A stretch of DNA of 64,000 nucleotides. Origin: an uncultured Lachnospiraceae bacterium (GTDB lineage: Bacteria > Bacillota > Clostridia > Christensenellales > UBA1242). Under the pieces are notes generated by a model. The model made no database searches and was not told the DNA's origin. It was given only the letters and a program-made list of their open reading frames with translations. Location: assembly GCA_964383665.1 (NCBI GenBank), contig CAYLHO010000002.1:66544-130543 (forward strand), written 5' to 3'. The translations under genes were made by a program, and so were the position numbers. Positions 55,672-63,211 of this stretch are shown piece after piece. How positions within the stretch are numbered: position 1 is the stretch's first letter; each line of letters starts with the position of its first letter.

Positions 55672-57240
55672 TTATCCCATATATTCTTCGAAGGTGCATT
55701 TTTTGTCGACATATGTGTTTTCGTCAACAATGTCGATGATTCGATTTGCAACTGTTTCAACAATTTCTTGGTCGTGAGATGCAAAAATCATAACACCTTT
55801 AAAGTTTGTCATTCCTTTGTTAAGAGCGGTTATGCTTTCAAGGTCAAGGTGGTTCGTTGGTTCGTCAAGAAGAATAACGTTTCCGCCTTCAAGCATCATT
55901 TTTGCCATCATGCAGCGAACTTTTTCGCCGCCAGAAAGAACGTTTGCTTCTTTCAAAGCTTCTTCCCCAGAGAACAACATTCTTCCAAGCCAACTTCGAA
56001 TGTAGGTTTCGGTTTGATCTTTCGAGAAACGGCGAAGCCAGTTAACAAGCGAAAGGTCACAGCCTTCAAAGAACGAACGATTGTCTTGAGGGAGGTAGGT
56101 AACTTTTGTTGTCTTTCCCCATGTAACAGTTCCGCTGTCAGGTTGTTCAAGTCCAAAAAGAATGTTGAAAAGTGTTGTTACCGCAAGACCATTTGAGCAA
56201 AGAATTGCAATTTTGTCGTCGCGAGAAACCGTGAAAGAAAGATTTTTAAACATGCCTTTTTGGGTTAAATTTTCAACTTTTAAAATTTCCTTTCCAATTT
56301 CTTGAGTATATTCAAAATTAATGTAAGGGTATTTTCTTGAAGATGGTTTGAAATCGTCGAGAGTGAGTTTTTCAAGTTCCTTTTTTCTTGAGGTTGCTTG
56401 TTTCGATTTTGATGCGTTTGCAGCAAACCTTGCGATGAAATCTTTAAGTTCTTTTGCGCGTTGTTCTGCCTTTTTGTTTTGCTCTTTTGCTTGGCGTGCC
56501 ATAAGTTGACTTGTTTCATACCAGAAATCGTAGTTCCCAAGATACATGTTAATTTGACCGTAGTCAACGTCGCAAGTGTGGGTGCAAACCTTGTTTAAGA
56601 AGTGACGGTTGTGGGAAACAATTATAACTGTGTTTTCGAAATTAAGAAGATAGTTCTCAAGCCAACGTGTTGTTTTAAAGTCGAGGTTGTTTGTTGGCTC
56701 GTCTAAAATTAAGATGTCTGGATTTCCAAAAAGCGCTTGAGCGAGAAGAACTTTAACCTTTTGTTTTGGGTCGATGTCTTTCATCAAGGTTTCAAAAAGA
56801 GAATCGGAAATTCCAATTCCCGAAAGAAGAGTTTTTGCCTCGCTTTCTGCTTCCCAGCCCCCAAGTTCGGCAAATTCAGTTTCAAGTTCACCGGCTTTAA
56901 TTCCGTCTTCTTCAGTAAAGTTTTCTTTCATATAGAGTTCGTCTTTAAGTCGTTGAACTTCCATAAGGCGCTTATGCCCAAGCAAAACAGTTTCCAAAAC
57001 TGTGTTTTCGTCGTATTTGTTTTGGTTTTGTTCCAAAACCGACATTCTTTCGTTTGGGTCTAAAATAACTTCGCCCTTATTTGGTTCAAGCTCGCCGGTT
57101 AAAATTTTAAGAAAAGTTGATTTTCCTGCGCCGTTTGCGCCAATAATTCCATAGCAATTGCCTTTTGAAAATTTAAGGTTAACATCTTTGAACAAAACTC
57201 TTCCACCAAATTGAAGACTTACGTTTGAAACTTGAATCAT
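55672..57240 (-). CDS. ABC-F ATPase, YbiT-like, with degenerate second nucleotide site
   Basis: 522 aa from the ATG at 57240. NBD1 Walker A GANGAGKST, linker ARFAANASKSKQATSRKKE, NBD2 signature LSGGEKVR. The NBD2 Walker A reads CSNGLAVTT and the NBD1 signature position reads DPKQK. Confidence 0.85.
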   Translation of the reverse strand: MIQVSNVSLQFGGRVLFKDVNLKFSKGNCYGIIGANGAGKSTFLKILTGELEPNKGEVILDPNERMSVLEQNQNKYDENTVLETVLLGHKRLMEVQRLKDELYMKENFTEEDGIKAGELETEFAELGGWEAESEAKTLLSGIGISDSLFETLMKDIDPKQKVKVLLAQALFGNPDILILDEPTNNLDFKTTRWLENYLLNFENTVIIVSHNRHFLNKVCTHTCDVDYGQINMYLGNYDFWYETSQLMARQAKEQNKKAEQRAKELKDFIARFAANASKSKQATSRKKELEKLTLDDFKPSSRKYPYINFEYTQEIGKEILKVENLTQKGMFKNLSFTVSRDDKIAILCSNGLAVTTLFNILFGLEQPDSGTVTWGKTTKVTYLPQDNRSFFEGCDLSLVNWLRRFSKDQTETYIRSWLGRMLFSGEEALKEANVLSGGEKVRCMMAKMMLEGGNVILLDEPTNHLDLESITALNKGMTNFKGVMIFASHDQEIVETVANRIIDIVDENTYVDKKCTFEEYMG

Positions 57241-57373
57241 ATTTCCCCTGCCTTTTTTTTTGCTTTCAAAGTATAACATATAAACTTTTTATAATCAAGA
57301 GAAATCATGGGCAAAAATCGCTTTGAAAAAGGGGGATTGCTGTGTTAAAATTAAAAACAATAAAGGAGCTTTT

Positions 57374-57700
57374 ATGGAAAAAGATTTTGAAATTGAATCG
57401 GAGGAAGAAAGAGAACTTTGCGAAGTTAATTGCCAAGAATATTTTGATGAAATCAAAAAACTTGCGAACGACATGATGGCAGAAATTGACTACACAACAA
57501 GGCTTAAAAGCGAAATTCGCGAGGAGGCATACATCATTCTTGATGCAATTGTTAACGCATGCGAAATTGAAAATCTTAAAATTTTGAATGGCCTTATTGT
57601 TGGCTTCGATTATGTTGCTTCAAGCATAAAATCAATTAAATTTTTGTATAAAGAAATGAAAAATGTTCTCGTGGATTTCTATGAGGAACTTCAAAACTAG
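57374..57700 (+). CDS. Hypothetical acidic helical protein
   Basis: 108 aa from the ATG at 57374 (AAAGGAG RBS). No recognisable motif. Confidence 0.5.
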   Translation: MEKDFEIESEEERELCEVNCQEYFDEIKKLANDMMAEIDYTTRLKSEIREEAYIILDAIVNACEIENLKILNGLIVGFDYVASSIKSIKFLYKEMKNVLVDFYEELQN

Positions 57701-57717
57701 GGCAAAAGCCCTTTTTT
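57699..57717 (+). terminator. Rho-independent terminator
   Basis: AGGGC aaaa GCCCT followed by TTTTTT. Confidence 0.65.
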
Positions 57718-57739
57718 GTTAAAATAAATTGGAGAAAAA

Positions 57740-58528
57740 ATGGACACGAAATTTAGTATTGAGGAAGTTGAAAAAACAATTGCGTCTTACAAGAAAAATC
57801 AACTTTCAAACGGAATTGTTGTTTCAATTCGAAACGACGGGCTTGTTTTCAATCTTGGAGGGAAACTTGATGCATTCGTCCCAAAAGATGAGGTTGAAAA
57901 TTTTTCATCGTCAAAAATTGGCGACAGGTTTTCGGTTGTTGTAACCGGAAAAACTGAAGATGGAATGGTTGAGGCGTCGCAAAAGAAAGCCTCTCAAATT
58001 AAACTTGAAACTCAAAATGCAAAGGAAATTAAACTTGGGTCGTCATTTCAAGTTGTTGTTTTGCAAACAAATTCAACAGGCGATTTGATTTCAAAAATGG
58101 GAGAATATGAAATTATTGTCCCAAAGGACGAAATTTGTTCATACAAAGTTGTTAACCCAAAATTTTATGTTGGGAAAAAAGTTATGGCAATTGCAACAAA
58201 CATAAACAACGAGGAGAAAAAAATTCAAGCGTCAATTCGAATTCTGGAAGATAAAACACGTGCTGCAAATGAAGAAGTTTTTTGGCAAACAAATTTTATC
58301 AACAAAATTGTTGACGGAACGGTTAAGCGCTTTGTTCCATATGGCGCATTCGTTGACGTTGGGGGAGTTAATTGCCTTTTGCACATTTCAAACATTTCAT
58401 ATTCAAAAATTAACAGCGCTGCTGATGTTTTGGAACTTGGAAAGACATATAAATTTAAAATTATTTCATTAGACCGCGAAACCAAAAAAGTTTCGCTTGG
58501 ATATAAACAACTTCAAGCAAAAAAATAG
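57740..58528 (+). CDS. S1 RNA-binding-domain protein (three S1 repeats; short ribosomal protein S1 homologue)
   Basis: 262 aa with three S1/OB-like units (GIVVSIRNDGLVFNLGG..DAFVP; ...FQVVVLQ...; GTVKRFVPYGAFVDVGGVNCLLHISN...LDRETKKVSLG). Confidence 0.75.
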   Translation: MDTKFSIEEVEKTIASYKKNQLSNGIVVSIRNDGLVFNLGGKLDAFVPKDEVENFSSSKIGDRFSVVVTGKTEDGMVEASQKKASQIKLETQNAKEIKLGSSFQVVVLQTNSTGDLISKMGEYEIIVPKDEICSYKVVNPKFYVGKKVMAIATNINNEEKKIQASIRILEDKTRAANEEVFWQTNFINKIVDGTVKRFVPYGAFVDVGGVNCLLHISNISYSKINSAADVLELGKTYKFKIISLDRETKKVSLGYKQLQAKK

Positions 58529-58535
58529 TGTTTTA

Positions 58536-58649
58536 ACCAACGATATTTACATGCATTTAAACCCTCAAAAAAGAAGGTGTACTCAACTTATACAAAGGGT
58601 TTTAGCTAACTTTTTGACATCACGATTTTGCCAATTTGAAAACTTATAA
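58536..58649 (+). pseudogene. Third copy (inverted) of the integrase C-terminal relic
   Basis: Plus-strand frame TNDIYMHLNPQKRRCTQLIQRVLANFLTSRFCQFENL*. The DIY(T/M)HL(D/N)P block and nucleotide sequence align with 5473-5598 (reverse complement). Includes one 12-nt unit and the TTTTGCCAATTTGAAAAC box (58626-58643). Confidence 0.5.
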
Positions 58650-58692
58650 AAAAATGGGCGCAACATATAGTTATAACTTTATGTTGAACCCA
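58648..58692 (-). terminator. Terminator of tRNA-Thr(CGU), near-identical to the one after tRNA-Thr(UGU)
   Basis: Minus strand reads TGGGTTCAACAT aaagttataact ATATGTTGCGCCCA followed by TTTTTTT. Compare 5389-5432. Confidence 0.75.
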
Positions 58693-58697
58693 CAGTA

Positions 58698-58773
58698 TGG
58701 AGCTGATGGGCGGATTCGAACCGCCGACCTATTGATTACGAATCAATTGCTCTACCTACTGAGCCACACCAGC
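58698..58773 (-). tRNA. tRNA-Thr (CGU)
   Basis: Reverse complement GCTGGTGTGGCTCAGTAGGTAGAGCA ATTGA TTCGTAA TCAAT...CATCAGCTCCA. Confidence 0.88.
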
Positions 58774-58784
58774 ACTTACGAATT

Positions 58785-58812
58785 ATGATATCATAAAATA
58801 ATAAAATGTCAA
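58785..58812 (-). promoter_or_regulatory. SigA-type promoter of tRNA-Thr(CGU)
   Basis: Minus strand has TTGACA (58812-58807), 16 nt, TATCAT (58790-58785). Confidence 0.5.
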
Positions 58813-58843
58813 ATAAAAAGACAGAATAACATTGGAGGAAAGA

Positions 58844-59509
58844 GTGAGAATTAACATTGCAATTGACGGAACTGCGGGAAGCGGGAAAGGAACGGTTTCA
58901 AAGGAGCTTGCAAAGCGCCTTGGTATTTTTCATTTGGACACAGGAGCAATCTATCGAAGCATTGCCTTCTATGTTCTTGAGAACAAAATTTCGCCAAATG
59001 ACGAAAAAAACATTGAAAAAATGCTTAAAAACATGAAATTTTCTGTTATTTTCGAGAAAGATAACGGAAACATGGTCCAAAAAAATTTGCTAAACGGCGA
59101 AGATTTAAAACAAAAAATTAGAACTGAAGAGGTTAGCGAGGCGTCCTCAATTGTTTCTCAATATAAAGATGTTAGAGAGTTTGCAACTTCAATTCAGCAT
59201 GAAATTGCAAAAAATTATGATGTTATCATTGAGGGGCGCGACATTGGAACCGTTGTTCTTCCAAATGCAACCCATAAGTTCTTTCTAACTGCAAGCCCGG
59301 AAGTTAGAGCAAAAAGAAGAATTGAACAACTTGGACTTCCAGGAAATGAGTTTGAAAATGTTTTAAAGGAAATTAAGGAACGCGATAAGCGCGATTCACT
59401 TCGTGCAATAAGTCCGCTTAAGGTTGCTGAAGACGCAATATATGTTGATAACAGCAATCAAACAATTGAGCAAACAGTTGACTTAATGGAGAAATATATT
59501 GTTGAATAA
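58844..59509 (+). CDS. cmk: Cytidylate kinase
   Basis: The GTG at 58844, 5 nt after GGAGG, gives (M)RINIAIDGTAGSGKGTVSKELAKRL... (P-loop). The ORF-track TTG at 58832 is an alternative. Confidence 0.88.
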   Translation: MRINIAIDGTAGSGKGTVSKELAKRLGIFHLDTGAIYRSIAFYVLENKISPNDEKNIEKMLKNMKFSVIFEKDNGNMVQKNLLNGEDLKQKIRTEEVSEASSIVSQYKDVREFATSIQHEIAKNYDVIIEGRDIGTVVLPNATHKFFLTASPEVRAKRRIEQLGLPGNEFENVLKEIKERDKRDSLRAISPLKVAEDAIYVDNSNQTIEQTVDLMEKYIVE

Positions 59510-59537
59510 AAGCAGCAAAATTTGCTGCTTTTTTTAT
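59509..59537. terminator. Bidirectional terminator (cmk / deacetylase gene)
   Basis: AAAAGCAGCAA aat TTGCTGCTTTTTTT. Confidence 0.8.
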
Positions 59538-60274
59538 GTCTTTAAACATTCACTTACGGTTGTTAAATTGAAGCCGTTTTCAACAAGAGTTTCGACAATT
59601 TTTGGAAGCGCAGCAGCTGTTTTTTCTGTTGGGTGCATTAAAATCAAATCACCGCCGGCTGCGTTTTTAACTGCTCGGGAATATATTAAGTTTTCGTCTT
59701 GGTCGCGCCAATCAATTGTGTCGCGAGTCCACATTATGCTTGTGTAGCCAAGTTCTTTTGCCGTTTCAATTGTAGTTTTTGAATAGGAACCGCTTGGCGG
59801 TGCAAAAAGATTCATTTCAACGCCAAGAATTTCCTTAACAACATTATGCGTGTTTTGAATTTCATCTTTGTTTTGCTGATAGGAAATTGTTTTGTGGTCT
59901 TTGTGATAGAACCCATGATTTGCAATTTCATGACCGTCGCTGCTGATCATTTTCAAAAGGTCTGGAAATTTTTTTGCCCAAGTTCCGCCAACAAAAAATG
60001 TTGTTTTAATGTTGTTTTCTTTAAGTGTTTTAAGCATGGGTTCAATATAGTCGTTTCCCCAGTAAACATTGATCATAAGGCAAATGTTTTTTGAGGAAGT
60101 GTTTCCGTGATAAACCGCCTCAACTTCGTTTGAATTAAACGCGTTAAGCGTTTCGCCGGTGTAGGTTATAACAAAAAGCCCAACAAGAACAATGCAGATT
60201 ATAAAATTCGCAAAAACATTCCGAAAAACCTTTTCTTTTTTCTCTTTTTTGCTGAAAAAGCCACAAATTTTCAT
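59534..60274 (-). CDS. Polysaccharide deacetylase (NodB domain), PdaB-like sporulation type
   Basis: 246 aa. N-terminal TM, LMINVYWGNDY in place of the TFDD motif (as in PdaB), HEIANHGFYH, and TRDTIDW. Confidence 0.75.
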   Translation of the reverse strand: MKICGFFSKKEKKEKVFRNVFANFIICIVLVGLFVITYTGETLNAFNSNEVEAVYHGNTSSKNICLMINVYWGNDYIEPMLKTLKENNIKTTFFVGGTWAKKFPDLLKMISSDGHEIANHGFYHKDHKTISYQQNKDEIQNTHNVVKEILGVEMNLFAPPSGSYSKTTIETAKELGYTSIMWTRDTIDWRDQDENLIYSRAVKNAAGGDLILMHPTEKTAAALPKIVETLVENGFNLTTVSECLKT

Positions 60275-60311
60275 ATAACATAATTTATGCTTTGCTTTAT
60301 TGGCTTATAAC

Positions 60312-60334
60312 AAAAAAAGCGGCATTTGCCGCTT
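60312..60334 (-). terminator. Terminator of the three-gene operon 63085-60349
   Basis: Minus strand reads AAGCGGC aaat GCCGCTT followed by TTTTTT. Confidence 0.8.
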
Positions 60335-60348
60335 AAGTTTGCTTATTA

Positions 60349-60609
60349 TTATGAAAGTTCTTCAATCATCTTTTTAATTTCTTCTGTTGGATTTGCTCCG
60401 TCAGAAATTCGATCGAGAAGGTCATAGAGAATTGTTGCTTGCGCCTTTGAAATTTTGTTGCCTTCTTGCTTTGCTGCTTCAAGAGTTAAAGGGGAAGAGC
60501 AACGAGGGCAGAATTTCATTTGTGCCTTGCCGTCGTTTCCAACATGTGCTCTGCAATTTAAACAATAGGCTTTGTTGTCTTTTTCGTCAATTTTAATTCC
60601 AAAATTCAT
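60349..60609 (-). CDS. Small zinc-ribbon protein, unknown function
   Basis: 86 aa. CLNC...(17)...CPRC ribbon, then a helical tail. Its AGGAGG RBS lies inside the end of the upstream gene (1-nt gap), implying translational coupling. Confidence 0.65.
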   Translation of the reverse strand: MNFGIKIDEKDNKAYCLNCRAHVGNDGKAQMKFCPRCSSPLTLEAAKQEGNKISKAQATILYDLLDRISDGANPTEEIKKMIEELS

Positions 60610-60610
60610 C

Positions 60611-61912
60611 TTAAACCTCCTGTTGTGGGTCTTGTTTTGGAGTTTTTGTTATGTTTGTCATTTCGGAAGGAGATTTTCCTTGTTTTTTTGCTGCAACGGC
60701 TTTGCTAACTTTGTCGATTGACTTGATAAATTTGTTGCAGCCTTTTCTTGCATCTTCCTCTGTTTGTCCAATTGTTTTTTCAATTGAGGAAACAACAACA
60801 TTTTTAATTTCTGTTAGCGCTTCGCCAACGCTGCTTGCAATAACTGAACTAACATAGTTTGAATCGTCAACTTGATGCTCGTGAGGGGCGTTATAATCGT
60901 TGAAATGTGCGCTGATTTTCGATTCAAGTTTGCCGTTTTTATAGCCGTGTTCAAACGCAACCTTAAACCAGTTTCTGTTAAGCGAGTATGGGCCAATTAA
61001 AGGGCGATTGAAGTTGAACATGTCGTATTCTGCCATTGGTCCAAAGCAAAGATAAATGCAAGATTTCTTTTCGTTAAGATTTGCTGGGTCGGTTGTTAAA
61101 GCGCCAAAAGAACCATTCATTTTTGCGGTTGTGTTCCAATAGATGTCGAACCCTGGGGTAACTTTTTGAGCATAAGAATCAAGTTGTTCAAGCATTTTTG
61201 CTCTTGTTGAACCTGGTGGGTTAAAGTTTGTTATTGAAATTTTTGCATCTTTCTTATATGGATCTTTAAGATTGAAAATTAAAACTGTTCGATAGCCCGT
61301 AACTTTTTCCGGAATTCCAAGTGCATCACCAAGAATTTTCATGAGGTCTGGGCCGCCGTTTTTAATTATTGTTTTTTCAACTTGTCCGCGAGAAAGCGCA
61401 ACAATTTTGTTTTGCAAGTTATATTGCTTAATTTTTTTTGCAAGATATCTAACTTGTTCAACATATGGCAAAATTTCTTTATAGTTTCCGGTTGTAACGC
61501 GGGTAAAAACATTTTCAAGAACTAACGCAGAATTTCGTGAGCTTGAAATTGTTTTAAAAACATGGTCAATCCATCTTTCATTAATCTTGTTTGTTTCACT
61601 TTCTGGGAACTTAACACGTTTTGCGTCAGGGGAGATGTTATATTTAAATTCGTCGCCATTTTCATTGTTTTCAAGTTTATAGGCTCTTCCAAGATTTACG
61701 TTTGAAATAACATTAAATCCAAAATAGTTGTTGTTAACATCGTATGAAAGGGTTGTAACAATGTCGTCTTCTTTGGTCTCGGGCGTGTCGAGAATTTCAA
61801 CTTCCTCGTTAACGTTTTCTAATGTGAAAGATGAATCGATGTTGTCTTTTGTTTTAAGTTTTTTGTTAATAACCGAAAGTGCTCTGTCGGTTGCCTCTGG
61901 TTTAAGAGTCAT
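60611..61912 (-). CDS. 433-aa cytoplasmic protein, unknown function
   Basis: Strong AGGAGG RBS. No TM segment, signal peptide, P-loop or other motif I can recognise. Lys-rich C-terminal tail. Confidence 0.7.
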   Translation of the reverse strand: MTLKPEATDRALSVINKKLKTKDNIDSSFTLENVNEEVEILDTPETKEDDIVTTLSYDVNNNYFGFNVISNVNLGRAYKLENNENGDEFKYNISPDAKRVKFPESETNKINERWIDHVFKTISSSRNSALVLENVFTRVTTGNYKEILPYVEQVRYLAKKIKQYNLQNKIVALSRGQVEKTIIKNGGPDLMKILGDALGIPEKVTGYRTVLIFNLKDPYKKDAKISITNFNPPGSTRAKMLEQLDSYAQKVTPGFDIYWNTTAKMNGSFGALTTDPANLNEKKSCIYLCFGPMAEYDMFNFNRPLIGPYSLNRNWFKVAFEHGYKNGKLESKISAHFNDYNAPHEHQVDDSNYVSSVIASSVGEALTEIKNVVVSSIEKTIGQTEEDARKGCNKFIKSIDKVSKAVAAKKQGKSPSEMTNITKTPKQDPQQEV

Positions 61913-61924
61913 GTTTCCTCCTGC

Positions 61925-63085
61925 CTATTCTTTTCCATTGTCTTTTGATGAATCAACTTGAGTTGTTTTCTTTGATGATTTTTGTTTGATCAATTTTCTT
62001 TGTTTGTCGGTTAAAAGAGAACTGTAGGCCTCTTTGTTGATTTCAATTCCAGCTTTTTTAAGAAGATCGGCAAGTTCATCTGTTTTTTGGCGAATTTCAT
62101 CAATAAATTCTTTTGACTTTTCATCTATAGATTTTTTTGCACGTTTAATAATTTTGTCTTTTTCTTTTGTGTTTGCAATTGAAAGAATTGGGATTGAACG
62201 GGTTGCAGGAACAAATTCTCTTTCCTTAACATCGCTTTTTGAGTCTGGGTTGAAAAGCGGATTTTTTGCACTGCTTATTTCAATTGCATAGTATGGCGAA
62301 CGAACGCGTTGAGCATGTGTGAACTCAAAAGGCGTCTGCCCTTCATTTGGCAAAATAACATTCATTGTTTCATGTTTAAAACTTGTTTCAAGTTCTGGAT
62401 CGAAAATTGAATTTGCTTGAGTTTGAACTTTAAGACGGTGCCAGTGGCCAACAACATTAAGATCGGAAGTTGGGCATTTTGCTTGAAGCTTTGTGAAATC
62501 AACGCCGTCGCCATGATGGGTTACAATTCTGTATGTGAATTTTCCGTCTTTGCTGAGTTTGTTTTTAAGAACAATTTCTGTAACAGCAAAATCTGGAGCA
62601 TACTTATCTCTTATGCCAAGAGTTTTTGCTGCTTGCTCAATTATGTTAAGCCCTGTTTCTTTGTTAACACGGCGTTCGTGGTTTCCTGGGTGGATAACAG
62701 CAATTTTTCCTGCTGATGCAACTTGCGAAAAAAGGTCGACGAAGCAATCCCATTGTTCGTTTGGATAAAGAAGGTCGTCGAACATGTTTTGAACAGCATG
62801 AAGAATTGCTGTGCTCAACATGTCGCCAAGAACGAAAAGATAGGCGTTTGGAGTGTTAAGAGTGTATTCCAAAACCTCAACGCAACGGTCGATGTCGAAA
62901 TTTTGAGCGCCAATGTGCCAATCGGAAGCGAACACGGCAACAATTGTGTCGAATTTGTTCGACAAGTCAATTGTGTTGTGCGCAACGGAATTATCTTTAG
63001 TTTGTTCAAGTTTATTGCGGTAGTTTTCAATGCTTTCGCTTGAGTTAAGTTTTTTCTTTTGACTAACTTTTGTTGGTTTGCTCAT
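61925..63085 (-). CDS. Calcineurin-like metallophosphoesterase with Lys-rich helical C-terminal extension
   Basis: 386 aa. All five MPE motifs in order (ASDWHIG, VLGDML, PGNHERR, THHGDG, VGHWHR), then a ~90-aa K/E-rich tail. Confidence 0.75.
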   Translation of the reverse strand: MSKPTKVSQKKKLNSSESIENYRNKLEQTKDNSVAHNTIDLSNKFDTIVAVFASDWHIGAQNFDIDRCVEVLEYTLNTPNAYLFVLGDMLSTAILHAVQNMFDDLLYPNEQWDCFVDLFSQVASAGKIAVIHPGNHERRVNKETGLNIIEQAAKTLGIRDKYAPDFAVTEIVLKNKLSKDGKFTYRIVTHHGDGVDFTKLQAKCPTSDLNVVGHWHRLKVQTQANSIFDPELETSFKHETMNVILPNEGQTPFEFTHAQRVRSPYYAIEISSAKNPLFNPDSKSDVKEREFVPATRSIPILSIANTKEKDKIIKRAKKSIDEKSKEFIDEIRQKTDELADLLKKAGIEINKEAYSSLLTDKQRKLIKQKSSKKTTQVDSSKDNGKE

Positions 63086-63117
63086 TGAAAGTCCTTCTTT
63101 TATTTAAATTCAATTAA

Positions 63118-63146
63118 ATTTTATCTTAAACGGGGGGTAAAGTCAA
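63118..63146 (-). promoter_or_regulatory. SigA-type promoter of the metallophosphoesterase operon
   Basis: Minus strand has TTGACT (63146-63141), 17 nt, TAAAAT (63123-63118). About 30 nt upstream of the AAGAAGGA RBS and the ATG at 63085. Confidence 0.55.
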
Positions 63147-63211
63147 CCCCAAATTTTTTCTTTTGTTGGTTTTTGTCGATTTTTGTTGCTTTTAAACAAA
63201 AGCAAATTTAT

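Noticed and set aside
55672-57240. Considered calling the ABC-F protein an antibiotic-resistance (ARE) ABC-F
   Set aside because: The sequence is collinear with housekeeping YbiT-type factors, and the interdomain linker is short. Nothing in the sequence supports a resistance role.
5600-58535. Considered whether the 53 kb between the inverted scar modules is a mobile element or genomic island
   Set aside because: The interval is full of essential core genes (dnaG, sigA, hisS, infC-rpmI-rplT, murA, ddl) and sporulation genes of uniform composition. The repeats are better read as independent tRNA-adjacent relics.
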